Origin: Bacteroidales bacterium | Lineage (GTDB): Bacteria > Bacteroidota > Bacteroidia > Bacteroidales > UBA12077 | Direction: 5' to 3' | DNA length: 16,326 bases | NCBI GenBank assembly: GCA_028282585.1 | Contig: JANQHR010000056.1 | Span: 1-16,326, forward strand | Position numbers and translations under genes: made by a program | Shown: positions 1 through 8,164 of the stretch, piece after piece | How positions within the stretch are numbered: the first letter of the stretch is position 1 | Layout of the letters: each line of letters starts with the position of its first letter | Notes under the pieces: generated by a model | Databases searched by the model: none | Seen by the model: the letters and a program-made list of their open reading frames with translations, nothing else | What the model was told of the DNA's origin: nothing

Positions 1-150
1 TTTTTTGTGTTTTCGGCACTTTTCGGGGTTTTGTTTTATCTAAAGATACAAATAATTACTTGATATTCAAAATGTTATTTACTTAAGAATGTGCCTAATG
101 AGTTATCAAGTAAGATTTTAGTTAGTTATCTTATTATTGTTGATTAACAG

Positions 151-1473
151 TTAATTAATTTTACTTTTATCTAGTACATGCAAGTTTGTTTTAATGTCGT
201 TATGCCTAAAATCACTTACCTTGGCTATTGAGGCAAAATCACTCCAGTTTTTTACTATTATATTAATATCATGAATAATTTTTTCACCTTTCTTTATGTT
301 ATTTGCTTTAGCAATTTTCATTAAATCATTTTGAGTAATATCTTTATGCTTGCCATTTACACTTAATGTTTGTTGATTTACCCATACATTTTTCGGGTCG
401 TACGAATAACACACATCGTATGCTGGAGCTAATTCCCATTTTTCGTCTTTTTTAAGCCGGAATGAAAAATTCTTAGTATGATCATCACAATTGGTTGCCA
501 AAACATTAAATACCATTCTTCGAAACATTTGCTCTGCCTGTGGATATGGTAGTTTTAACAGGCGCATGGTTTGAAATACTTGTTCGTAACTGTACCCAAA
601 CAGATTGTTGTAATCGAAGTGGTTTATTCCACATAAAGTTTGTATATGATGCTTGGTTTGATTGCCTTCGCGATCAAAACGTTTGGTCATAAAGTGTGCC
701 CTACCGTTTTCTTCAAGTAAATCGCATTCAGTCATTTCTATACCGCATTCTTTTGCCATTAAATGGTAAGCGTATTCTACGCGCCCCCAATCATGACTAT
801 CGCCAAACTGAACGTCACTAACTCCATCAAGCTTTATCAACCAGTGTGAAAAACCATTCGGAGCTTTCGTCTGTCCCGACCTGACTTCCCTGGTTTTTTC
901 ATTAAAAGCAATTACGGCTTTAGGCCGTGCACCACCGGCCGATGTTCCTATCTTTAGGATCTGTTCCATTGCATGCTGTTCGTCTGCATTCAGGTTAGTT
1001 TCAAAATTCGAACGGTTCGAAAGCATCTTTTGTGCAATTTCTACCAGGCTTTTTACCTCAATTGAAAATGTATTTTTATTGGTTTTCAGTTGGCTTGGTT
1101 CAAACTCCAGAGCCCCCATTCCACGACTCCCGATGAAGCATAGTTTCTCCACAGGATTCATACTTTCCGGTGCTCGTCCATGCTGTGCCAACCATTTTTC
1201 AATTAAAAGATTCCCATATTTATCTGGCAATGAATCAGCCAATAAACCCGGCAAACCTTTAAAAGTATCTTCCGTGTTATCTTTTGATGGTAAAAGATCA
1301 GGGAAACTATATATGCGATCACCATTTTGTATAGGCATCTTTATAGGTGATAATTCCCAATTTTTTCCAAAAAATTCTTTGACGTACTGAAAATCTGCCA
1401 GGTTTCTTTTTTTATCCCAGGTTACGGCCCCTACAAACGTATCCCATATTTTTACAATAGCATAATCTACCAT
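151..1473 (-). CDS. hipA: HipA-family serine/threonine kinase toxin (type II TA)
   Basis: 440-aa ORF with N-terminal Couple_hipA-like region (LSP..P, LPGLLADSLPD.YG), Gly-rich loop GTSAGGARPK, WLIK lysine, catalytic NCDDHTKNFS and LAPAYD motifs. Start overlaps the upstream HTH gene stop by 7 nt. Confidence 0.9.
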   Translation of the reverse strand: MVDYAIVKIWDTFVGAVTWDKKRNLADFQYVKEFFGKNWELSPIKMPIQNGDRIYSFPDLLPSKDNTEDTFKGLPGLLADSLPDKYGNLLIEKWLAQHGRAPESMNPVEKLCFIGSRGMGALEFEPSQLKTNKNTFSIEVKSLVEIAQKMLSNRSNFETNLNADEQHAMEQILKIGTSAGGARPKAVIAFNEKTREVRSGQTKAPNGFSHWLIKLDGVSDVQFGDSHDWGRVEYAYHLMAKECGIEMTECDLLEENGRAHFMTKRFDREGNQTKHHIQTLCGINHFDYNNLFGYSYEQVFQTMRLLKLPYPQAEQMFRRMVFNVLATNCDDHTKNFSFRLKKDEKWELAPAYDVCYSYDPKNVWVNQQTLSVNGKHKDITQNDLMKIAKANNIKKGEKIIHDINIIVKNWSDFASIAKVSDFRHNDIKTNLHVLDKSKIN

Positions 1474-1820
1474 CCTATGTCATCATTTAAATTGGCTTTT
1501 GTATCTTTTTTTCGTGCCCGAAGTCGCTTCTTTTCTTTCATTTTAACATATTCAACCGGACTTATTTTTTCTTCAATAGTGAATATATCTAATAGATGTA
1601 ATAGATTGAGTACTCTCAAAATTTGAATAAGTGAAGTTAGCGTAATAGATTCTCCATTTTCAATCTGCACTATTGTTGAACGGTTTAATCCTGCATCTTT
1701 GGCTAGCAATGCTTGTGATTTATTTTCCTGCAAACGTTTTTGTTTAATAAACTCACCTATAGCACTAATTATAGCGCTATCGCTCAATGTCACCCAATCC
1801 TTGTTGATATTTTCCATCAT
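1467..1820 (-). CDS. hipB: XRE/HTH_3 transcriptional regulator, HipB-like antitoxin
   Basis: 117 aa with Cro/XRE HTH (SQALLAKDAGLNRSTIVQIENG), directly upstream of and overlapping hipA; charged tail ending in Trp. Confidence 0.8.
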   Translation of the reverse strand: MMENINKDWVTLSDSAIISAIGEFIKQKRLQENKSQALLAKDAGLNRSTIVQIENGESITLTSLIQILRVLNLLHLLDIFTIEEKISPVEYVKMKEKKRLRARKKDTKANLNDDIGW

Positions 1821-1858
1821 TATTGTCTTTTTAAATACTTAATGTTGATATTTTCTAT

Positions 1859-1866
1859 CAAATGTA
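1859..1866 (-). promoter_or_regulatory. Bacteroidota -7 promoter box for hipBA
   Basis: Minus strand TACATTTG matches TAnnTTTG, about 40 nt upstream of the hipB start and overlapping operator-like site 2. Confidence 0.6.
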
Positions 1867-1873
1867 CGAATAA

Positions 1874-1898
1874 AATATAATATTTGAAATATTATATT
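1874..1898. repeat. Perfect 12-bp inverted repeat
   Basis: AATATAATATTT-G-AAATATTATATT, centred at 1886 between operator-like sites 2 and 3. Confidence 0.7.
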
Positions 1899-2037
1899 AG
1901 GTCATATGTTGGCATTATCCATCAATAAGGCAAATAAATTACTATAATGTTGGTATTTTACACCGATTAATATTAAAAAATACGAAAAGCAGATTCACAA
2001 TTTATTAGTCTTGTTCACAAGAAAAGTTCACGGGAAT

Positions 2038-2075
2038 AAAAAAAGTCCCCTAATGTTTCACATTAAGGGACTTTT
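2038..2075 (-). terminator. Rho-independent terminator downstream of tRNA-Cys
   Basis: Minus strand AAAAGTCCCTTAATGT-GAA-ACATTAGGGGACTTTTTTT: long stem followed by a 7-T run, a few nt after the tRNA 3' end. Confidence 0.85.
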
Positions 2076-2080
2076 AATTG

Positions 2081-2151
2081 AGGTCGGTGGCGGATTCGAA
2101 CCGCCGTACGTGGTTTTGCAGACCAGTGCCTAGCCACTCGGCCAACCGACC
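2081..2151 (-). tRNA. tRNA-Cys (GCA)
   Basis: Minus strand GGTCGGT TG GCCGAGTGGCTAGGC A CTGGT CTGCAAA ACCAC GTAC GGCGG TTCGAAT CCGCC ACCGACC T. 7-bp acceptor stem, T-loop TTCGAAT, anticodon GCA at 2117-2119, U73 discriminator typical of Cys; CCA not encoded. Confidence 0.96.
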
Positions 2152-2167
2152 ATTTTTTATTGGACAG

Positions 2168-2199
2168 CAAAAATAGAAAAATTTTATAGAATACTCAAA
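2168..2199 (-). promoter_or_regulatory. Bacteroidota primary-sigma promoter of tRNA-Cys
   Basis: TTTG (2196-2199), 20-nt spacer, TATTTTTG (2168-2175) on the minus strand: a full -33/-7 consensus. Confidence 0.75.
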
Positions 2200-2215
2200 A
2201 CTTTAAACATTATTT

Positions 2216-2566
2216 TTAACGCTTTAAGGTTACACTCACCCTTTCCATCTTACCGCCCATGGGTGGGTTCATTTTAGAGACCTTTACTTCTGCTTTCTTT
2301 ATAGTATCAAAGTTATCATACAAAGAATCTAATATTCTACCGGCAATATGTTCTAACAAATGAGATTTTTCCTGCATTTCCTCTTTTACAATATTATATG
2401 CAACCTGATAGTTTAACGCATCTTTCAAATCATCAGATTTTGCTGGCATTTGCATATCTGTTTCAATTGTTAAATCAACCAAAAACCGGTTTCCAACAAT
2501 CTGTTCTTCCTTAAAATGACCATGATATGCATAGAATTCCATATTTTCTATCTTAATTAAGCCCAT
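2216..2566 (-). CDS. folB: Dihydroneopterin aldolase
   Basis: FYAYHG...EE...GNRF.VD, DDL.DALNY, LLEHIA, K.NPP motifs. ATG at 2566 preferred over the TTG at 2578. Confidence 0.93.
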   Translation of the reverse strand: MGLIKIENMEFYAYHGHFKEEQIVGNRFLVDLTIETDMQMPAKSDDLKDALNYQVAYNIVKEEMQEKSHLLEHIAGRILDSLYDNFDTIKKAEVKVSKMNPPMGGKMERVSVTLKR

Positions 2567-2591
2567 TATAACGTTCAATTAAATTTTGTTT

Positions 2592-2599
2592 CAAATTTA
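2592..2599 (-). promoter_or_regulatory. Putative -7 box for folB
   Basis: TAAATTTG on the minus strand, 25 nt upstream of the ATG. Confidence 0.45.
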
Positions 2600-2713
2600 T
2601 TATTAATATTTCCTCTATAAAACTTTTATTTTTGTTTAAAAATAAAAAAACATTCTGGTAGTTTGATATACATATTTTTGGCAACAAATTATACAGCATT
2701 AGATAAAATCCTG

Positions 2714-2721
2714 TACTTTTG
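2714..2721 (+). promoter_or_regulatory. Putative -7 box for glnS
   Basis: TACTTTTG 37 nt upstream of the ATG. Confidence 0.5.
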
Positions 2722-2758
2722 TTAGTTCAAAATTTAAGACCGAAAAATTAATTTTGTT

Positions 2759-4483
2759 ATGACTGAACGTAAAAAAATACTTACCCACTCAATAGGTGGG
2801 GAAGAAAAAAGATCTCTAAACTTTATTGAAAGTATTATTGAAGAAGATTTAAAAAACAATAAAAACCAAGGTGCTGTATATACAAGGTTTCCTCCAGAAC
2901 CTAATGGTTATCTACACATTGGGCATGCAAAATCAATCTGTTTAAATTTCGGTCTGGCAAAGAAATATAATGGTAGAACAAATCTTCGCTTTGATGATAC
3001 AAATCCTACTAAGGAAGAGGTAGAATATGTTGACTCTATAAAAGAAGATGTTAACTGGCTTGGTTTTGAATGGGAGGAAGAACCTCGCTTTGCATCAGAC
3101 TATTTTGAGCAACTATATGAATGGGCAGTTAAAATTATTAAACAAGGTTTTGCATATGTTGATGATCAGCCATCAGATATTATAAGTAGCCAGAAAGGAA
3201 CACCAACACAATCAGGGGTGGAAAGTCCATATAGAAATCGAACTATTGAAGAAAATCTGGATCTTTTTGAAAGAATGAAAAAAGGTGAATTTACTGAGGG
3301 GGAGAAGGTTTTAAGAGCAAAAATTGATATGGCATCACCAAATATGCACATGCGCGACCCAATTATGTATAGAATTTTGCATAAAGAGCATCATCGCACA
3401 GGTAATAAATGGTGCATATACCCTATGTATGACTTTGCCCACGGACAATCAGATTATATCGAAGGAATAACTCATTCGGTTTGTACCTTAGAGTTCGAAA
3501 TTCATAGGCCACTCTATGAATGGTTTCTTGATCATGTTTATACAAAAGGTGATGTAAAACCAAGACAGATCGAATTTGCTCGTTTAAATTTGAGCTATAC
3601 TATCATGAGTAAACGTAAGCTTCTCGAGTTAGTTCAAAACAACATTGTGTCTGGATGGGATGATCCAAGAATGCCAACAATTTCAGGATTTAGGCGAAGA
3701 GGTTATACTCCTGCATCTATCCGAAAATTTGCTGATATTATTGGTGTAGCAAAGAGGGATAATGTAATAGATGTTGCCTTATTAGAGCATAGTTTACGTG
3801 ATGATTTAAACAAAACCGCTCCTCGGGTAATGGCTGTATTAAACCCGCTAAAAATTGTTATTACCAATTATTCTGAGGATAAAGAGGAATGGGTATCTAT
3901 TGAAAATAACCCAGAAGATGAATCAATGGGAAGCCGTGAAATGCCTTTTTCAAGAGAAATTTACATTGAGCAGGATGATTTTATGGAAGATGCCCCTAAG
4001 AAGTTTTTCCGTTTAGCACCAGATAAAGAAGTTAGGCTGAAAGCTGCTTATATAATTAAATGCAAAGAAGTTATTAAAGATTCTACCGGAAATATAATTG
4101 AACTTAGATGTACTTATGACCCGGATTCCAGAAGTGGAAGCGGTACAGAAGCAAGCAAGCGAAAAGTAAAAGGGACCTTGCACTGGGTATCTGCAAAACA
4201 TGCCATTGATGCCGAAGTTCGCTTGTACGACCGATTATTTAATGACGAGGATCCGGCAGGGCATAAAGACAAAGACTTTAAAGAATTTATTAACCCTGAA
4301 TCATTAAAAGTTCTTAAAAATTGTAAACTTGAACCTAGTTTAGAAAATGTTGAAGCAGAATCCAAATACCAATTCCAACGTTTAGGATACTTCTGTGTTG
4401 ACAGAAGGGATTCAAAACCTGGTAATTTAGTATTTAACAGAACTGTACCATTAAAAGATTCATGGAATAAGAAAAAGAACTAA
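2759..4483 (+). CDS. glnS: Glutamine--tRNA ligase
   Basis: [15 protein letters not shown] (HIGH), [43 protein letters not shown]. Confidence 0.97.
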   Translation: MTERKKILTHSIGGEEKRSLNFIESIIEEDLKNNKNQGAVYTRFPPEPNGYLHIGHAKSICLNFGLAKKYNGRTNLRFDDTNPTKEEVEYVDSIKEDVNWLGFEWEEEPRFASDYFEQLYEWAVKIIKQGFAYVDDQPSDIISSQKGTPTQSGVESPYRNRTIEENLDLFERMKKGEFTEGEKVLRAKIDMASPNMHMRDPIMYRILHKEHHRTGNKWCIYPMYDFAHGQSDYIEGITHSVCTLEFEIHRPLYEWFLDHVYTKGDVKPRQIEFARLNLSYTIMSKRKLLELVQNNIVSGWDDPRMPTISGFRRRGYTPASIRKFADIIGVAKRDNVIDVALLEHSLRDDLNKTAPRVMAVLNPLKIVITNYSEDKEEWVSIENNPEDESMGSREMPFSREIYIEQDDFMEDAPKKFFRLAPDKEVRLKAAYIIKCKEVIKDSTGNIIELRCTYDPDSRSGSGTEASKRKVKGTLHWVSAKHAIDAEVRLYDRLFNDEDPAGHKDKDFKEFINPESLKVLKNCKLEPSLENVEAESKYQFQRLGYFCVDRRDSKPGNLVFNRTVPLKDSWNKKKN

Positions 4484-4572
4484 GTTTCAAAAAATCTATT
4501 AATAAACTGGTTAACTTAAAATTTAATTTTTTGATTAACTATAGTGACGTGAATACCCTAATTTCTGTTAAG

Positions 4573-5742
4573 TTATTTAAAACTTTTATCTATCGTTAAA
4601 AAACTCTTATCTGCTTTTTGTACAACTAAACTATCCATTTCCAGAAGTCTTTGAATATTTAAAATATAGTCACAGTAAGAATCGAATAACTCATAGGGCT
4701 TTAAACCGTTTACATGCAATAAGGTATCACCTAATTGCAGGGACAGGTTTGAATTAGTGCGATTTACAACCCACGTTGTATCGTTTTGTATTCCAACTAA
4801 GAAATTACTCGGATCACTTATTAAAACATCTCTATACTTCTTTAAATAGATCTTTTTTTTAGTATAATCAATCGATACATTAAAATGCTTTAAGAACTCA
4901 TTTCCCAGCAGTGCTTTATTTAATGCTGAGAACTCAACAGGTAAGTATTTTGTGAAACCTCCGATATTTATTTTTAACTTTTTTACAATAATTGAATCAA
5001 CGTTTGTGCCATAAATTCCAGATGTAGAATGATCCAAGATTATTTGAGTATCATCGCTTTCGAAATGATTAGCCAGAGAAATAGGTAAGACCAGTCCTCC
5101 ATTAAATCCTAAATCCAAAAGTATATTTTCGATTTTTTCTCCCTCAACTTCAAGGCTTATTTTCGGCGTACCTGATAGTACGGGCCGTTTAAAGGGTATA
5201 GTATATCCTTTATCTTTTATTTCAAATGGTTTATCAGAAAAGTAAAGCAACTGATTTTGATAATCAATTTTCCAATGTGCTAATTTAATAAGGTTAGCTC
5301 CGATTATCCCATTTTTCGCAATACAAGGGCTTGCAGATGTGGGGTTATAATAAACTTTACCAGCTCCAATATTATAAAATTTAATTTCACCCAACTGGAT
5401 AGAATTCATTAAAACTACTTCAATTTCTTGACTAATTCCCTGTGCTGTAGAATTTGTTTTTTTTGTAACTACGGGCAAGTTTAAATTATTGGCCAAGTTT
5501 CCTTCCACTTTACTATTAAAAGCCCCTGTATCGAAAATAAACTCACGCGGCACAGTATCTTTATTAATGAAGGCTTTTACTATAATTAAATCTTTTCTCC
5601 ATTCAAATGGAATAGCCTGAACAAAGTTTTTCTGTTCAATTTTTCCTCCTATAAGCAGTTGTACATTTTCTATATATGTACAAGAATTACTAATGGTAAC
5701 TAAGATAAAACCTACAAAATATTTGATTATATTTTTCTTCAT
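4573..5742 (-). CDS. Putative lipoprotein with tandem retropepsin-like aspartyl protease domains and a degenerate PDZ-like tail
   Basis: Basic/hydrophobic N-terminus ending in SNSC; FIFDTGA...GIIGAN in domain 1; LLDLGF...ALLGNEFL in domain 2; LGDTLLHVNG resembles the PDZ GD.I..VNG motif. Confidence 0.75.
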   Translation of the reverse strand: MKKNIIKYFVGFILVTISNSCTYIENVQLLIGGKIEQKNFVQAIPFEWRKDLIIVKAFINKDTVPREFIFDTGAFNSKVEGNLANNLNLPVVTKKTNSTAQGISQEIEVVLMNSIQLGEIKFYNIGAGKVYYNPTSASPCIAKNGIIGANLIKLAHWKIDYQNQLLYFSDKPFEIKDKGYTIPFKRPVLSGTPKISLEVEGEKIENILLDLGFNGGLVLPISLANHFESDDTQIILDHSTSGIYGTNVDSIIVKKLKINIGGFTKYLPVEFSALNKALLGNEFLKHFNVSIDYTKKKIYLKKYRDVLISDPSNFLVGIQNDTTWVVNRTNSNLSLQLGDTLLHVNGLKPYELFDSYCDYILNIQRLLEMDSLVVQKADKSFLTIDKSFK

Positions 5743-5778
5743 TGGTTTTTATCGAATCTATTTGTTAATATTTTTTAT

Positions 5779-5858
5779 CAAAAATAAGAGCATGTATCAA
5801 TTTTTTAATATACTAAATTTGTTTTGGTAACAACTGACTCATTTTCGTTATAAAATGG
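5779..5858 (-). promoter_or_regulatory. Putative LytTR-type direct repeat plus -7 box upstream of the protease gene
   Basis: Minus strand CCATTTTAT (5850-5858), 12-nt spacer, TCAGTTGTT (5829-5837); TATTTTTG -7 box at 5779-5786. Confidence 0.5.
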
Positions 5859-5875
5859 AAAAGCCTATACAAAAT

Positions 5876-6733
5876 TTAACGATGCATCTTCAGTTTTTGT
5901 AAGAAATCTTTTGAATTATTTCTTGAAACAGGAATTCTTTCTACAAAACCATGCAATAACAATTCCATATTACGAATATTACCTTCTAATTTCAGAATAC
6001 ATTGAAGATTAACTATATAACTTTTATGGCATCTAAAAAAAATATTTTTGGGTAGTTTCTTTTCTAATATCTTTAAACGATTTCTAATTAATTCTTTTCG
6101 AACAGCATTATCTTTTATATAAAATATTTCAACATAATTACCATCTGATTTAAGAAAAATAATTTTATCGGGATCAAGTTGAAAAACTATTTTTTGATTC
6201 TCGGTTTCGAATAGAATCCTTTTTGCAGTCTCTGTTTTCTTTTGATTTTGTTTTAGTTCATGATTTATATTTTGGAGCTCAAAAAACTTATTTCTTTTGT
6301 AAAAATATTGTTCGAATAATAACAAAGTCAGAATGGGAATTATACTTATTGAAAGTGTTCTGGTTAAAATCCTATATAATAAATTAAATGGATTCATTTC
6401 CGGATTTTGTATCCAAAAAAGCACAAAAATTACCAAAACAATATTAAGAAAAACCAATAAAATTAGAACGATTTCTTTCCAAACCTTCCAGTTTTCTTCT
6501 TTTATAATTTTTCCAAAAAACTTTTTTAATATCATTACAACTCCCAGAACAGAAAAAGATACTATTAATCCGAAAACTAAAGCCCAAAAAATAAGCTCAA
6601 GTGAAGAGTAATATGAAAATTCAAATGGTTTAAAAACAATCAGAATAAATACAGTTACTACAAACGGAATCACAATACTCTTCCAATTGAAGATGAAAGG
6701 ATATGGTTTTAAAAAAAAGTTCTTGAGATTCAT
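5876..6733 (-). CDS. Membrane-anchored LytTR-family transcriptional regulator
   Basis: About four hydrophobic N-terminal segments, no receiver domain; C-terminal LytTR motifs IIFLKSDGNYV, FFRCHKSYIVN, IPVSR. Confidence 0.88.
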   Translation of the reverse strand: MNLKNFFLKPYPFIFNWKSIVIPFVVTVFILIVFKPFEFSYYSSLELIFWALVFGLIVSFSVLGVVMILKKFFGKIIKEENWKVWKEIVLILLVFLNIVLVIFVLFWIQNPEMNPFNLLYRILTRTLSISIIPILTLLLFEQYFYKRNKFFELQNINHELKQNQKKTETAKRILFETENQKIVFQLDPDKIIFLKSDGNYVEIFYIKDNAVRKELIRNRLKILEKKLPKNIFFRCHKSYIVNLQCILKLEGNIRNMELLLHGFVERIPVSRNNSKDFLQKLKMHR

Positions 6734-6761
6734 TAATTATTAATTTGATTAGAACCTTTTA

Positions 6762-7481
6762 TTACTCTATTAAATCTCGTATTACCACAGAAGCGCAAAA
6801 ACACCCATAAATAGGCGGCATATATGAAATAGTTCCCACTGTAGATTTTTTATTTTCTCCTGGTTCATCCACAATAACAGCAGATTCATTAGCTTTATCT
6901 TCAGAAAAAACAACTTTAAATCCTTTTGATACTCCTAATTTTCGTAGACGTTTTCTTAATAAAAATCCAAGCCTGCAATTATAAGATTTAGAAATATCTT
7001 TAATAGTTACTTTGGTAGGATCAATTCTAGCACCAGAGCCCAATGAACTAACTACCTTAAACCCTTTTTGAATACTATGGTAAATTAAATACACTTTAGG
7101 AGAAAGAGTATCAATTGCGTCTACAATATAATCGTATTGTTTATCCAGTATCTCAATCATTCGGTCATCCTTTATATATTCCTGGATAATATGAAGTTTT
7201 AAGCTAGGATTAATATCAAACAATCTTTTTCCCAGAGTTTCTGCCTTAGGTTCATTTATGGTGCTTTCCAACGCAATTAACTGCCTGTTTTTATTCGATG
7301 GATTTATAATATCACCATCAACAATTGTAAGTTCTCCAACACCCGCCCTACATAAGCTTTCAGCTGCATATGCACCAACTCCACCTAATCCCACAACTAA
7401 AACGTGCGAATTAGCTAATTTCTTCAACTTATTTTTTCCAATCAACAACTCTGTCCTATCCTGCCAATTATCACTAGCCAT
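6762..7481 (-). CDS. tcdA: tRNA threonylcarbamoyladenosine dehydratase (ThiF/E1-like, TcdA/CsdL)
   Basis: RTELLIG, VGLGGVG, E.L.RAGVG, SNKNRQ, VDAID, LRKRLRK, VVFSE, GTISYMP. Confidence 0.9.
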   Translation of the reverse strand: MASDNWQDRTELLIGKNKLKKLANSHVLVVGLGGVGAYAAESLCRAGVGELTIVDGDIINPSNKNRQLIALESTINEPKAETLGKRLFDINPSLKLHIIQEYIKDDRMIEILDKQYDYIVDAIDTLSPKVYLIYHSIQKGFKVVSSLGSGARIDPTKVTIKDISKSYNCRLGFLLRKRLRKLGVSKGFKVVFSEDKANESAVIVDEPGENKKSTVGTISYMPPIYGCFCASVVIRDLIE

Positions 7482-8157
7482 TCAATAATACTTTAAAATT
7501 TTCAATTAATTGTTTTTTTAAGGATTCTAAACTTATGTTAAACTTCTTAGTTGCTGTATTATATAAATCCTTTATATCAATATTAAAATCGTCTGTTTCT
7601 AAAAATATTCTATTTAGCGGCAATTCTCCCAAATATGCGCTTAATTTCGAGTTTGTATTTTTAATATGGTGACTCAAGGATAAATAAAATCCGTGCTCAA
7701 TAAAATCTGATGCAATTTGTTTGCTTCCATTAAAATGATGAATAACCCAAGGAACTTTTGACTTAAGGTCAATTTTTAATTTTAATATCTCGTTATGAGT
7801 TTTTACAGAATGAATAATTAAAGGTTTTTGATATTCATCAGCAACTTCTGCATGAATTCTAAGTACCTCAAGTTGTTTCTTTATTCCAGGGCCTTTCAGC
7901 TTATCTAAACCTGCTTCTCCAATAGCAATAATGGAATTCGTATTTAACAAATCTTCCAGTTTAGGCTTGATTTCTGATAAGTTTAATAAATCCGCATGCC
8001 ATGGGTGTAATCCGGCCGTAAAAAAAATCTTATCACTTTTCGAGGTGATAAGATTATCTTGTAAAAATAAGCTTTGAATAACGATTTCTTCTTCACCAGG
8101 CATTTGTTGGTGCGCGTGAAAATTTAAATAATAATTCTGCGGAAATTCATTATTCAT
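7474..8157 (-). CDS. TatD-family metal-dependent hydrolase/DNase
   Basis: HAH, GLHPW, AIGEAGLD, IIH, IHHF, LETD motifs. ATG at 8157 (7 nt after the gltX stop) preferred over the TTG at 8187; stop overlaps the tcdA start by 8 nt. Confidence 0.88.
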   Translation of the reverse strand: MNNEFPQNYYLNFHAHQQMPGEEEIVIQSLFLQDNLITSKSDKIFFTAGLHPWHADLLNLSEIKPKLEDLLNTNSIIAIGEAGLDKLKGPGIKKQLEVLRIHAEVADEYQKPLIIHSVKTHNEILKLKIDLKSKVPWVIHHFNGSKQIASDFIEHGFYLSLSHHIKNTNSKLSAYLGELPLNRIFLETDDFNIDIKDLYNTATKKFNISLESLKKQLIENFKVLLNG

Positions 8158-8164
8158 TCTTATT

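Larger units (their letters stand above)
1802..1965. promoter_or_regulatory. Four 18-bp operator-like sites in the hipBA promoter
   Basis: TGTTGATATTTTCCATCA (1802-1819), TGTTGATATTTTCTATCA (1843-1860), TGTTGGCATTATCCATCA (1907-1924), TGTTGGTATTTTACACCG (1948-1965). Imperfect palindrome TGWTG-N8-CAWCA. Confidence 0.75.

Noticed and set aside
1079-1390. 103-aa plus-strand ORF inside hipA
   Set aside because: Fully antisense to a well-supported gene, no recognisable motif.
1802-1965. The 18-bp repeats as a mini CRISPR array
   Set aside because: Repeats too short and degenerate, spacers uneven (23, 46, 23 nt), one copy inside a coding region, no cas genes; an operator array fits better.
1992-2033. 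TTCAC repeated three times between the tRNA terminator and the hipBA promoter
   Set aside because: Very short, uneven spacing, no obvious target promoter.
3166-4365. Three short minus-strand ORFs inside glnS
   Set aside because: Antisense shadows of a conserved housekeeping gene.
6333-7488. Plus-strand ORFs 6333-6611 and 7258-7488
   Set aside because: Antisense to the lytTR gene and tcdA, no motifs.
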